From assembly GCA_030704615.1 (NCBI GenBank), contig CM060733.1, positions 29,884,001 to 29,948,000 of the forward strand: a stretch of DNA of 64,000 nucleotides. The letters run 5' to 3'. This document shows positions 12,022-23,949 of this stretch, piece by piece. The position numbers and the translations under genes were made by a program. How positions within the stretch are numbered: position 1 is the first letter of the stretch; each line of letters begins with the position of its first letter. This stretch comes from Takakia lepidozioides (taxonomy: Eukaryota > Plantae > Bryophyta). The notes below the pieces were generated by a model that worked only from the letters and a program-made list of their open reading frames with translations, ran no database searches and was not told the origin of the DNA.

Positions 12022-14910
12022 GTGCCGGGATCCCAGCAACTGCCCAAACAAGCATCTCACCCCGTGGGACTTCTCGCCCAAGTCAGGTACCCTCCTGGTC
12101 TCCACGATCAGCCTCGTCGGGACGGGCCTGCTTGGCTTTGGTGCTTGCGAATCGTTGAACTGCAGTTTCCGCCAGCATGGAACATCCCCAAAAGCCGCAC
12201 GGCCTTCCTACATCATTGGAGGTGCTGCCAGTGGGCCTACGAGGATTGCATCGGGTGTACGTACATGCCAGAGAGGATTCCATCGCAAACAGTGTATGGG
12301 GACATTCTCATAAGCTACGAGGATGAGTCCTATGGACATAGAGTTTCCACAGCAAAGATCTCGATTTACGATGGTGCATATATCGGAGGAGATGACACCG
12401 TTGTCCACTACACCAAAGGCGAACGGGCTGCATCCATTGTCTTCACCTACCGACACCTTGTCAGTCATGAACTTGTTGAGAGGCCAATTGAGGTTCCAGC
12501 TTCTTGGTGAGAACAGTGCAACACGGGAGCAAATTTCCAACTTACCGGAGCATGGATTGCATGCATACTTTTGGCTTCCCTCGGTTTGTGAGGGCATGCA
12601 TACTTGTCACAGTTCATTATTAATAAAAATGTCTCCTTTGAACCAAAGTTCCACTTTTTGTGCAATGTTGCATTTTGTTGAATGTTGACTTTTGGGAGCG
12701 AGGGTCTCGCACTCAATCTTGCAATCAGACCCACTGGAATGCCACCTATGTCAGTTCCCTCTGTCCATGGGGAAGGTGCTTACACGCTCGCCCCCCCACG
12801 CTTCTTGTCAAACGCCACAATTATTGGTTTGTGCAGCGCATCTGCACTGGTCATATACCTTCTGACTGCATACCATTGGCAGTTATTGCGCAAAGGCCAG
12901 GGGCCGCATTCCTGGACTACAACAAGTTCGTAATTAAATCCGTTACATGCCTTCCCGCAGACGTCGACGGTAATATCTTCTTTGAGTTCCCTCCTCGAAC
13001 GGACTATTCGAGGGCGTCCGGAATGTTGATAGATATGGATAGGAAACATGACGGTCATCCTTGGTGCGTCACCAAAACCACCAGCATGAAGATGCTCAAT
13101 GGTGTGCGGGTGCGCTACGTCGTTTGTGCGAGTGCGTTGCGGTGTTTCTCCCCAACTTGCTTCCACTTTAAATCCAGAGGTCACAGGAACGAGACGGATT
13201 GGACAGACACAGCTCATCAACCATTTCGAGCTCAAGAGAAGGTTCCAAACTCCACATTTAAGTGGGCACATTGCAAAGAACCACCACATTGCATGTTTGT
13301 TTACAATGCCAAGCAGTTCTATGTGTTGCACCGTTTCCCTGACCTCACACGAGCTTGCATACACGTTGGTTCCCATTATCACAAATTGACGAGGGGTAAC
13401 TCGCGGGAGGCTGCCCACAAAGCAGAGCAGCTCGTTCAGGAGGAGGTTAAGTTGAGACCTGGTGCCAAACCCAAACAGATACAGCTGCAGGGCGCCCATA
13501 AGATGACATTGGCCAGAATTATGTCGGAAGACGGCTCCGACAGAGTTCCTCTCGATGAGAAGGAAATGGAGGCATTGCTGGAGTCGGTGTTCCATGTCTG
13601 TTCACCGAATGTCCGAAACCACATTGTCTCCTGCAAACAGAGAATTGGGCGTGGCTCGGATATGCACTCCATTCTGGAGGTGAAGCGACGATGTGGATAT
13701 GACTACATTCATGGAAGTAGATTTTCAGGACAAGGGACTGAGGCAGATCGATGTTTCGTATTCAAAATGTCAACGTGGGGGCCTGGCAGCGGCGTCGAAC
13801 AGATGACGAGTGGGGACTTGTCAAACAGTTGGGTCATGTTCGACCATATCAAGCGAATTACAAATCACCAGTGGGTGACAATGGGTGCACATGTCTATGA
13901 CACCCACTGCAGGATGCTAATGACAATTGTTATTTATGAGATGAAAGGAGAGGACACACAATCAGAGATGCTTCTTTGGCAGGGAATAAATGAACAGATG
14001 GCCAGGGCAGGATTTCCCCCTCCCAATTTCCGTGGTTTCATGGCGGACAACGCACAAGCAAATTGGGCTGCCATCCGAAGGGTGTACGGGGAAGACCCCA
14101 ATGTTCCGATGAAAAACAAGGAGAGATCTTGTGGGTTCCATTTTCTATAGAGCTTGTCGCAGTACACAACCAGGCTCGTGGCGCCAGATTTCAGAGAGGA
14201 GCACCGTTCCATGTCTCTTGCGTGGAAGTGTGCTTCCACCTTGGATGATGCAGAGACACAGTTTGCATGTATACGGGCTTGGTGAACAACGTCAGGTGTT
14301 GTAAAGAAATCAGACGAGGGAGCAATGGTCAGTTGGCTAGCATGGTGGCATTATCGTTTCCTCCAGTTCGGCGACTATATGCGGGAGGTGAGTTGGACGA
14401 ATTTGCGTCCCATTGAATATTATGCTAGCTACTCATTATTTGTAATTTGCTTGTAACCTGAACATGTGCATGTGCAGGAAATGTGTCTGGACTCCGACAC
14501 CGACATGCCGACAACAAACATGGCCGAATCAGTACATTCTTCCTGGCGTGCCTCCTCTGCGGCGCATCTGGTGGACATCCCCACTGCCACAACGGAGGAC
14601 ATTGTGAGGTCAATTATGCAGCAATGCATGTACAACGAGTTCTTGAAAGGGAAACAGTGGGGCTTGGGGCCGGACAGGCATGAAATGCTGATGCGGACTG
14701 CCTCCAGATCGAAGAATCCTCGCAAGTGGGCGACAGCCTTGCGAGAGGGCCTTCGGGACACGCCATTGCTTCGAAGTGGCCAACACTTGGAAGAAGATGT
14801 TCACACCCGTCCAGTGAGACGAAGACTTGATGAGGCACCTGGCGGAGAAGAGGATTCATGGCGAGCTGACAAGAATATTCGCACGCTCCCTCGTGGTCCC
14901 GTGATGTTGC
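12022..14910 (+). pseudogene. Element 1 transposase (GCM/WRKY-like zinc domain + MULE-type DDE core), with stops and no SWIM end
   Basis: MDRKHDGHPWC...C..ALRC...C...ACIHVGSHYH zinc-domain pattern. WVMFDH (D1), FMADNAQANW (D2), CGFH (CxxH) and TTNMAESVH (E, after an intron at ~14388-14477). Stops at 14148-14150 and ~14284. Confidence 0.85.
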
Positions 14911-14947
14911 CCGAGGAGGTCTCGTCGAGCACCGCAAGTCCGATGTC

Positions 14948-15215
14948 TGAAAAAATGGCGCCGAATCTCCAGTTACATGGCCCAAGAACTGCCCAACATC
15001 TGTGCAATCCCCGGCACCATGTACCGAAATTCGGCGCCACATTTCCAAATTTTGGGCTTACACACCTGCCATGTTGGGACCTATAGCCGCGAAATTCGGC
15101 ACCATTTTTCGCCGGAGACACCTATTACCGCGAAATACGTCGCAGATTTCTCCGGTTGCGGAACCTATTACCACGAAATTCGGCGCCATTTTTGCATATG
15201 TCGCTCGGAATTCGC
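14948..15215. repeat. Degenerate copies of the element 1 palindrome downstream of the transposase
   Basis: aaaaatggcgccgaatctcc (~14952), gaaattcggcgccacatttcc (~15026), gaaattcggcaccatttttc (~15091), gaaattcggcgccatttttgc (~15175). Confidence 0.8.
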
Positions 15216-16324
15216 ATGAGCGGAAGACGAAATATCATGAGCACGGCTCTCAAAACTACAATTTTTACTTCAAAAAATGAATATTATATTGGTTTTTTTT
15301 TTTTTTTTTGACACATTCCATTAAAAATAATGTTTTTAATGTTTTTTATTTCCAAAATTTGTACTTCTGCTCATGAAAACCGATTGTCTTGCTACTCCAC
15401 TCATGCCGCTCATGCTCATGAAATAGCTAACCTCATTGCACGTCCTCTGGCCTTTTATATGCATAACATCTTAAGAAGAGTGAATTCAACAATTGACACA
15501 CATGAGAAGAAGTGGAAATGTCGTCTTCCACTCCAAAGGGCTCTGTAGGGATCATTTGTCTTCTGGTCCCCACAATCAGACTGATCTGACATCTATGTGT
15601 AGGTGGTATTTTATTTTTGTATTTACAAGGGGTTTCTGGTGTTTTTGAAATGGCTTAGTCAGCACACATCTCAGACTATTCAGATCATTCTTATCTTTGC
15701 AAGCCTTTAACCATACATATTGTGCGATGACCAACCAAGAGTCTCAACAACTGATGCCGACAAATTGCATCAAAGTCCAGTCTAGTTAGCTTAGTTATGG
15801 ATGGTTGCATCCCTACCTGTCCTGTTGAATATATTCAAGTTAACCATGAATAGTTTGAGAACAATAGCATCAGGGGAGGCCGCCAGGAGCTCAAACACCA
15901 AAGTGTCAGGGCTCTAAATTTTATAAAAGACAAAATAGTAAGTACACATGACCATGTTCTCAAACACTAGATGTACAATACACGCCCTGTTGAATGTCAG
16001 GTTCTAATGTAGGGGACTTTGTATTGACAGTTCGTGAACCATTTTTTACATGAATCACGCTACATCTGAGCCATTTGCTGCCACATTGCTTGTTACTCAG
16101 CTTAAATGTTCCTACATGCCTTCTTCTCTCTCCCAGCAAAGAAAGAAGAGCAAGATCTTGTACGCATTCATCGTGTCTCTTGTCAATCCTAATTGTGATC
16201 AGAATTTGATTCTTAGATTACACAAGCCCCCCATTCAAGGTTTGTATATCACGACATTTGATTTCATAAAAAATGAACCAAAAGAAAAAAGCGAGGCCCG
16301 AGTTTATTTAATAGTAAAGTAGAG

Positions 16325-16440
16325 AGATTCACAAAAAAATAAAACTATGTGCTACTATCGAGGGGTAGGGCGGGCAGGGGTATTTGAACCCGAGCCCTAT
16401 GAGGCCCCAATAACTGTCCTAACCATTACACTATCGATAC
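16325..16440 (-). mobile_element. Short tRNA-derived SINE-like fragment
   Basis: The minus strand reads gatagtgtaatggttagg...gggttcaaatacc, resembling Pol III A and B boxes. Confidence 0.35.
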
Positions 16441-17744
16441 CAATTCAAGATGAATGTGTCATGTTAATTAGTTACTAGGGCTTCGCGTTGCTCTGCACTA
16501 CTAGCGACTAATTCTGAGAGCTATGTTCAATTTTTCACAAAAAAAGGGCTGGGTCATCCCCACGGTGGTACATGCAGAGATCCCGTGTTTTGTTTTTTTC
16601 TGGAAGAAAAATGGCGGATCTGCATTTCAACATTCAATTTTCACAAGCCGCATCAATCAATAACAACATACCCAAATACCCTTACATTCACTGTATGAAC
16701 TTTCAAGCATCCACCATGGGATTGGATCTTGGTGGGTTAAGGCTAGCTTTTGACAATATTCATGCAAGTTCATCAAGGGCTCCATCCAAAGCCACACCAC
16801 GAGAAACAAACAAACATGTCCAAATTTAAGATGCTGAACAAACTTGTGCACTCGTCGTCTCTCATGATGAGACTCGACACTAAAACAAAACAAACATAGC
16901 TCCGCCCTGATCGACGTTTCTTATGATCAGACTCGACACTATAAGAAAGCAAACACAGCTCCGTCCTGTTTGTCGTCTCTCACGATCAAACTCGACACAA
17001 AGAAAATAAACAGATGGCAGGGGAGACAAAAAAACGCTAAGTTCCCTCTATACTCATGACTGGATGGATGAATGTAGCGATAGATGGATGGATTTTGGGT
17101 TTTCCATCAATACATCCATCCATTCATTTGTTTTTCCATTTTTTGGCGATTTTAATTTCCTCATACTGAACACTACGACCTAACAACCCTAAATTCGAGC
17201 ACATTCATCCTAATTCATCCTAGTTCATCCATCCTAATTCATCCTAATCATTCATCCATTCATTCCTTCATTCACAGGGTGTGGCTTAGTGCCCGCGAGC
17301 AATGATATGTTGACACGTCGTCATTTGCAATCACATCCTGCATCTGTTTCATCCATTTATGTTTGCATCGTCCGCGTAGACACTCCTTGGGCAATCGGCA
17401 ATCTCCACGTGTAGTCGTGAATACTGGCAGTCATGCATTCCCATGCCCACGTCATCCTGTTGCAGTTTTGGCCATGACTCCTAGTCATATCTACCATCTT
17501 CCCCTATCTGGCAAACGTGTTTGACCGCAGATCCTGACGTGGCGGAGGTACAAGGTGGCATATACGACTTCTAGTGGTCACAAATGGCAACCACGACTGC
17601 CCCCTTGCATTTTGTAGACATATATGCTACGACTGGACAAATGTGGCAGACGTTAAAGCCGGGATTTGTTGTAGTATCAATTGCATCTGCTACTCTCTGT
17701 AATCCAACAGACATTCACCTTTTTGCCTCGATTGTCCCACCATT

Positions 17745-19720
17745 AACTGGGGTCAAAAAAGTATTCATTCCACAGCTTCTCCTCGTCTCTGTTATATGAT
17801 TCTGGATACTTTCCTGTTGTCACATTGGCAGTATCATGTCAGTCATTCCAAACTATCAAAGGTTCACTCACCCAGCTAATTTGCAGAATTCAACACGAAA
17901 ACTTAGGGCCGATTCTGATAAGAGGGAAAAACAGGGTGAAATGTGTTGAAGAAGGTGCCTTCATTAGCAGTGTCTAACTTTATCAATTGTGTCGCTGCTG
18001 CTACCAGGTCAACTTCTTGATGATACGGAAGGGTGTTCTAGGGGCCGTGCTGATGAGCCCAAAAGCAATGGTCAGCTTCTCACTGTGAAGGCAAAGAGAA
18101 AATTCCTTTTGTTCCTCCTCCATATCTTGCAGTACAAAGCGTGTATATCCAGAGTCCTTCATCTGTGCAGACAACCTCTTCAGCTCTCTATTGCACCCCA
18201 AATTTGTCATTTACAACGAATGTATGCACCTGCTTGGCCACCGCAATAGAGCTGTGGCCTGGCTCCTTTCTGACCCCTCTTTTTTGCATCATTTTTCTCA
18301 CTCTGGCTGTGCCATCCCACCTGCCAGCCGCAAACATCGATGTTTGATAACAGAACATAAGTTCTGGCGTGAGGCACCAAGCAAGGCCCCCCACATTGCA
18401 ACATCTGGTTCAATTGGCATTTTTTTTAACTAATTCCTCTGCCTCATTCATGTGGCCCGCACGGCCAAGGAGGTCTACCACACAGCCAAAATGCTCCACT
18501 TTGGGAGTGAGCCCATGATCTCGACTCATTGAATCAAAGTAATGGCAGCCTTTATCCACCAGGTCCACATGACTACGTGCAGAGAGAACATATGTAAAGG
18601 TGATACTGCTCGGCTTCATGCATTGTTGCATTTCTCCAGAATGATATCTCGTGCAATTCCAGCTTTGATAATGTCAGCATGAACCTCCTCGCCCTTTTCC
18701 AGGGCCGCCAAGTTGGCACATGCGGTGAGAAGACAAACAAATGTGACCTTGTTGGGTATCACACCTTTTTGAATAAAATAGATGAGCATTGACCCTAGCA
18801 AGCTTGCAACAAAAACCTCTGGTACTGCAATGTCCACCTGTCTCAAGAGAAATCTTAGTTCTCAACATGATTTCAAGTTCCAAGAAGGGTGTAGTAAGTG
18901 AACTAGCTTTGGACAAGGATATCACCTGGGTGCTACTGCTCAAGGCATACATGTCCACCAGGGCAGTGTCAGAATGACATCTAGTAATCTGATAGACATT
19001 CGCCTTTATCACTATTGACTGGGGTCAGAAAAGTATTAATTCCACAGCTTCTCCTCGTCTCTGTTACCTGTTTTTGGATATTTTCCTGTTGTCACATTGG
19101 CAGTATCATGTCAAGGTCACTCCAAACTAGATTCACTCAACCAGCTAACTTGCAGAATTCAACATGGAAATTTAGGGCCGATTCTGTTAAGAGGGAAACA
19201 CAGGGTGAAATGTGTTGAAGAAGGTGCCTTCATTAGCAGTGCCTGAATCTGGACCCACACTCTATCCCCTACTCCTTTAGCTATCCATGCACAAATCATG
19301 CATACATCCTTGCCTTGCTGCTAGCAGCTGACAATGACAGCCTAGATTTTTTCGAGGAAACACCCAACTCAACTTATCACACTAGTTCCTATGCTCAATT
19401 GCATGGAAATTTAGGGCCGATTCTGATAAGAGGAAAAAACAGGGTGAAATGTGTTGAAGAATGCCTTGATTAGCAGTGCCTGATTTTATCAATTGTGTCG
19501 CTGCTGCTGCGGCTTCCAGTTGACCATCTACCCATGCAGGTTTCTTGTAGCTATCCTCCCACAGGGAATCATAGGTATTCATTACAGTGCTTCTCTTCGT
19601 CTCTGTTATCTGTTTTTCGATTCTTTCCTGTTGCCACATTGGCAGTAACATGTCAAAATCACTCCAAAACCACCATAGATCCACCAACAAGCTAACTTAC
19701 ATAATTCAACATGAATAGGG
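17745..19720. repeat. Dispersed ~250-bp direct repeats flanking the PPR fragment
   Basis: Block 17745-18000 recurs at 19018-19246, and in two permuted pieces at ~19400-19510 and ~19572-19715. Confidence 0.85.
18001..19012 (-). pseudogene. PLS-E-DYW pentatricopeptide repeat (RNA-editing factor) gene fragment
   Basis: TALVDMYA; PNKVTFVCLLTACANLAALEKGEEVH; EHFGCVVDLLGRAG; YVLLSN; RKMMQKRGVRKEPG; [26 protein letters not shown]. Several frameshifts and deletions, truncated before the DYW CxxC. Confidence 0.9.
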
Positions 19721-20804
19721 ACGACTCTGATAACAGGATTCTCAGGGCCGAGTCTGATGAGAGGCAAAATAGGCTGAAATAGGTCGAAGAAGAAGGTGTC
19801 CTCACCACATTGCGTGAAACCCCTCCGTGCAAGGATGCCTGGTATCGTCATCCCTTCCGCGCGCTGCACTGACATTTTCGGGCAGTCCGGGCAGGTCTGA
19901 CGAAAATTGACGACGATGAAACGTGGCGACGACGATGAGGCACTATGGCACCCTATTCCTGTTCTACGCTAAACTAGCTCCCGACCTTCGGTCGTCGCTA
20001 GAATATCACCGACAAGATTTAATACTGCTGGTGTATTCTCTTTGTCTGAGTACCTACTACAGCTGTGCGTGAAAAGAAGAAGTTAGGATACCTGTGCATA
20101 CTGGGGGAAATTCCATTTCATGCGAGAAGGGAGCACCATTGTTCGATCTGATCGCCTACAGAGGGTGCGATTTATAGATTGATTGAAGACATAAGCCCAT
20201 TAATCGCGGAGGACGGAGGAGCGGCATCCTTTTATTCTGTGATCCAGCAGCAGCAGGGTTATTGTGCTGGCGAGGACATGACAAAGAATGAGGACGTTCC
20301 ATGGCCCAGGCTGCCAATTTGCCCAAAAAACCAAAGCTACGGTATACATTCCCAAGTCGCACCACAATTTACCTCACTACATTTTTGAAGCATCAATGTC
20401 ATAAAAATGAACAAGGAGTTAGGACAGTGCTTCATACATTAGTGCTTCATATTTCTACTCTTTTTTACGATTGCTTCTTTGCCTTTTCTCTACCTGTTTA
20501 ACGTTAAGCGAAATAGGTTATGAGTGTCTCGAGGACAAGCTTTTAAAAATAATCCAATGAAGAATGCAGTCCTGAAGAGAGTGTAGTAAAGCTGATGTCT
20601 GGATATGCAGACAGCTTTAATGCAACACACTAAAAAGGTGTCTTCATAGTTTACTTGCACCTTACAGAAAAGCACAAATGCAAGCATACATAAGGATTAA
20701 CATGTTTCCTTGCAGTTCAACATATAATATGACACGAATAATAAGATGATAGCAGAAGATCTTGAGGCCCAGTCGTCATCTAGTCATACAAACTTATATG
20801 AGCT

Positions 20805-23665
20805 TAATCTGACAATGAGCCAAACTTTTCTGTCCACTTGTTGAGTGCCTTCTTAGCAGCATCCCGTCTTGCGAGTTTCTGTGATTTCCCCACACCTGTA
20901 GCCATCCGTATGCCCTTTACATACACTCTCATCCTGCAAGCTTCAAGCGATGTATGCTTGTTGTCGATTGCTACCAACCTGCACCACCCAATTGGGTATC
21001 ATAATTGTAGCCAGAGCAATCCACCCTCAAGTCATGAGAGAAAGATCGCTAACTATGCTTTTGGTCCTGCAAAACACCCTAGGTCAAAGAGGAACAAGAG
21101 AGACACATTTACTGATTAGACTTTGTGTGCCATAGGCCTTGGGGATACCTTGCCCTCATTCACAATACAGTGGAGATGGAGGGGGAGGGGAGCAAAATGA
21201 GAGCACAATGGCGGCCAGTACCATTGCTGTAGGTTCTCTTCTGTATCATTATCCCATTTCACCATTGCTGGAGCCTCTCAAAACACGCAAAAAGAGGCAC
21301 AGATTGTGGACAGAGAGAGATTGGGGGAGAGGGGGAAAGATATGCCTACTCACTTGTATTCAGGCTTAACTTGGAAGGCCAGGGTAGTTTGTTCTTGAAG
21401 TGTAGCCACTGGATTTCTTACTGGATCAGCTAGTAACAGCAATGGTAATAGGTGGTTTTCTACGCACTCCAGTGCACTCTCCAGTCCCTGCCTCACAAAG
21501 TTTTCAGATAACAACGTAACGTGCCAAAGCTCTTCGGAATAAGGAGAAAGTTACATACACAAATACTTTTGCAACTTCAAACTGGGGATTTCAAAGAAGA
21601 AGCTTTTGTACCACATTGAAAGAGACTTGGTGACAATGCCCACTACCTTGGTATGAAGAGGGCCTTTTGAAGTGTATGAAAGCAAGAAACAATTCAAACG
21701 AAACAGAAGTGTTACTTTCTCAATTTTAAGACCATTGAAGAAGACTTTGTTGACACTGCCCACTACCTTTCACAGTGTATGAATGCAAGAAAACAATTCA
21801 AACCAAACAAAGTGTTACCTTCTCAATGTAAAGACCACCTATGTAAGCCTCCAGTGTGTCTGCAATGGTTTTTGTCTGACAGAAAAACCAATGTCCTTTG
21901 CCATTAGCACCAAGTTGAGGAGATATGCAAGCCCTTCCAAACTATCTTGCATGTTGTGCAACAAATCCAAAAAAGTCTAGCTTCAAAGGAAGAAGAGACG
22001 TAGAAGATATGCAACCCTTCCAAAATATCTTGCACATGATGCAACATGTTCCAAAATTTCGAAGAAGAGGAAACACAGGAAAGACACCTGCTCCTCAAAC
22101 AACGCATGGGCTGCCAACTTTTTGGTAACAGCAAGAGGAGGGACACATAGAACAATCTCATTGAAGCCCAGTAAGATGGACCAGACCCTAGCCAAATTGC
22201 TGTTGCACACCTGCATGCAGTCCCACAACTCTGCCAATCAGAGGACATCATCACACATTCTCCTCAAGCAACATGGGGCCTTCTTCTCTCTCTTGCTTCT
22301 TTGCATGAGGAAAGAGTAAACACTCCAGATCACACCTTTTACAGCAAAACCTGATCATAACCTTGGCAAGTCAAGAAATGCCGATCCTGGAAAGAAATGC
22401 CGACTCCCTGTTCCGGCATTTCTTCACCCTCTCTCCCTGTTCTGATCTTACAATGTGCTAGCAGTTCAACTGTTGGCACACATCTCACCTGTTCTAAGCT
22501 AGAGGGCAGGAGATGCAATGCTGGAAACATGTCATGTTTTCCAGTATGATTTAGAAAAAAGGTCCCTAAACCCAGTCAAATCCCTGTAAGATGGCTGTGA
22601 TGATCACTCCAGAAGTTTCGGGGTGAGTCTCATAGACCTCACATATCCTGCCCCGTAAGGTGGACCTTGCAACAGGCTCTAGAATAGCATCCTGCTAGGA
22701 CGATGCCCCTCAATAGTACATGAAAGCTACCATTCTGGCAGGGAAGGAATTGAAAATGACAACATCAGTCTCTCACTCCTCTCCCTTTCGAACACCCACA
22801 CCCGGAAAACAAGACATCTAGCAGCAGATAAGAGGGCAAATCATACCAGTTGTGACCTCCTTTCAGTGATAATGCCCTGCATCCCCTGGCTAAGTCAGCA
22901 CCTCTTGTGAGCTTCCTACTCATCATTGATCAAACGACCAAACACAAGTCAAGCTGTCCATGTATATGATACCAAGAAAAGCCAAAGTTGGAAATAACGG
23001 ACATGAAAGAGATATATTGTACTCATAAGACGTTGTTTGCCGTAGCCTTGTGGCCATGAAAGAGATATACGCCTCTTTTTCCTGAGTGCATCGACCAAGA
23101 GTCAGCTATTCAGCTACCTAGAGGATGGGGGATATATTAAAGAATACAAAAGAGGAAGCCGTGCCAAAGGCAGAAGTGAGAGAAATAACTCACAGTGGAG
23201 ACAAAAGGGCGTTGCCGGATGAGGTGGAGTGACGCAGCAAGGTTAATCACTGAATCACCGACCAATGCCAGCTGTGATCTGGCCTGCATGCACCAAATTC
23301 ATCTAAGAAGGATTCCAGCGGAGCCCAAGCCCCTGTGCAGTGCACTCAAAGAATGCCAAAGTTTGTTTGGTACAGTTGATGAGACCACTTTACACCAACC
23401 CTCGACTTACATACCATTCCACAGAATAGGGCGAGTCAAACACTATGACACCTCACTCCCACTTGGCAGGGATTGTGGGAAGGACAAAGTAATAACATAC
23501 CTCTCTATGAGCCTCAGAGAATGTCAATGAGACTTCCGTTGCTATATTTGGATCCTCTGTTCGCTGCATTCTCTCCTCAATATCCAAATATGATGCCGGA
23601 ATTATAAGTTTCCTATCCTTGATGGCTGCTGGCATCTTTTCATCATAATAGCTCTTGTGGACCTG
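20805..23665 (-). pseudogene. Decayed RNase III + dsRNA-binding-domain gene (RTL/Dicer-like remnant)
   Basis: Exon pieces: GISFQDRHFL (~22390); CNSNLARVWSILLGFNEIVL...KKLAAHALFEEQ (22237-22088); GLESALECVENHLLPLLLLADPVRNPVATLQEQTTLAFQVKPEY (21487-21354); MRVYVKGIRMATGVGKSQKLARRDAAKKALNKW (20935-20808, dsRBD C-terminal half). The upstream extent is uncertain. Confidence 0.55.
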
Positions 23666-23949
23666 CCCCAGCCTTGAGAAAGGTAAGCAAAATCCGGGTG
23701 AAATAGTTCTAATGAGCTGACCATGTATCCATGTTCACACAGTAATTCTGGCGACAGAAACTAAGGTCTAGCAGCAAGTTGTACAAGATGCACCCATGAA
23801 ATTGAAAGAGGAAAGATGGCTACCAAAATTCGTAGTAGTAGCTCTCGAGAGTAGAGGTGGCTGCCAAGCTTTTCATACACCATCTATCATCACACATGCC
23901 AGAATTGCAGTTAATGTGAACAGCATCCCTGCCTCCAAGACTCTTTTTT

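Larger units (their letters stand above)
7093..15434 (+). mobile_element. Element 1: Mutator-superfamily-like DNA transposon (8.3 kb) with short TIRs and an 8-bp TSD
   Basis: Left end gggggttgctatttcatgagc vs reverse complement of right end gaggttagctatttcatgagc (18/21 identical). Direct repeat ATTGCACG at 7085-7092 and 15435-15442. Subterminal CATGAGC repeats occur at both ends, and it contains a DDE transposase. Confidence 0.9.
16501..20001 (+). mobile_element. Possible non-autonomous Helitron/Helentron-like segment carrying gene fragments
   Basis: Ends with the hairpin cgaccttcggtcg followed by tcgCTAG at 20001. ctagcgac at 16501 is inverted relative to gtcgctag at 19994. It also has ggatg/catcc-rich tracts (17060-17280), a ~59-bp triple repeat (16853-17015), reiterated ~250-bp blocks and a broken PPR gene. 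The left boundary is uncertain. Confidence 0.4.

Noticed and set aside
21625-22055. Two small local duplications (~120 bp and ~85 bp period)
   Set aside because: These look like ordinary degenerate intronic duplications with no conserved motif.
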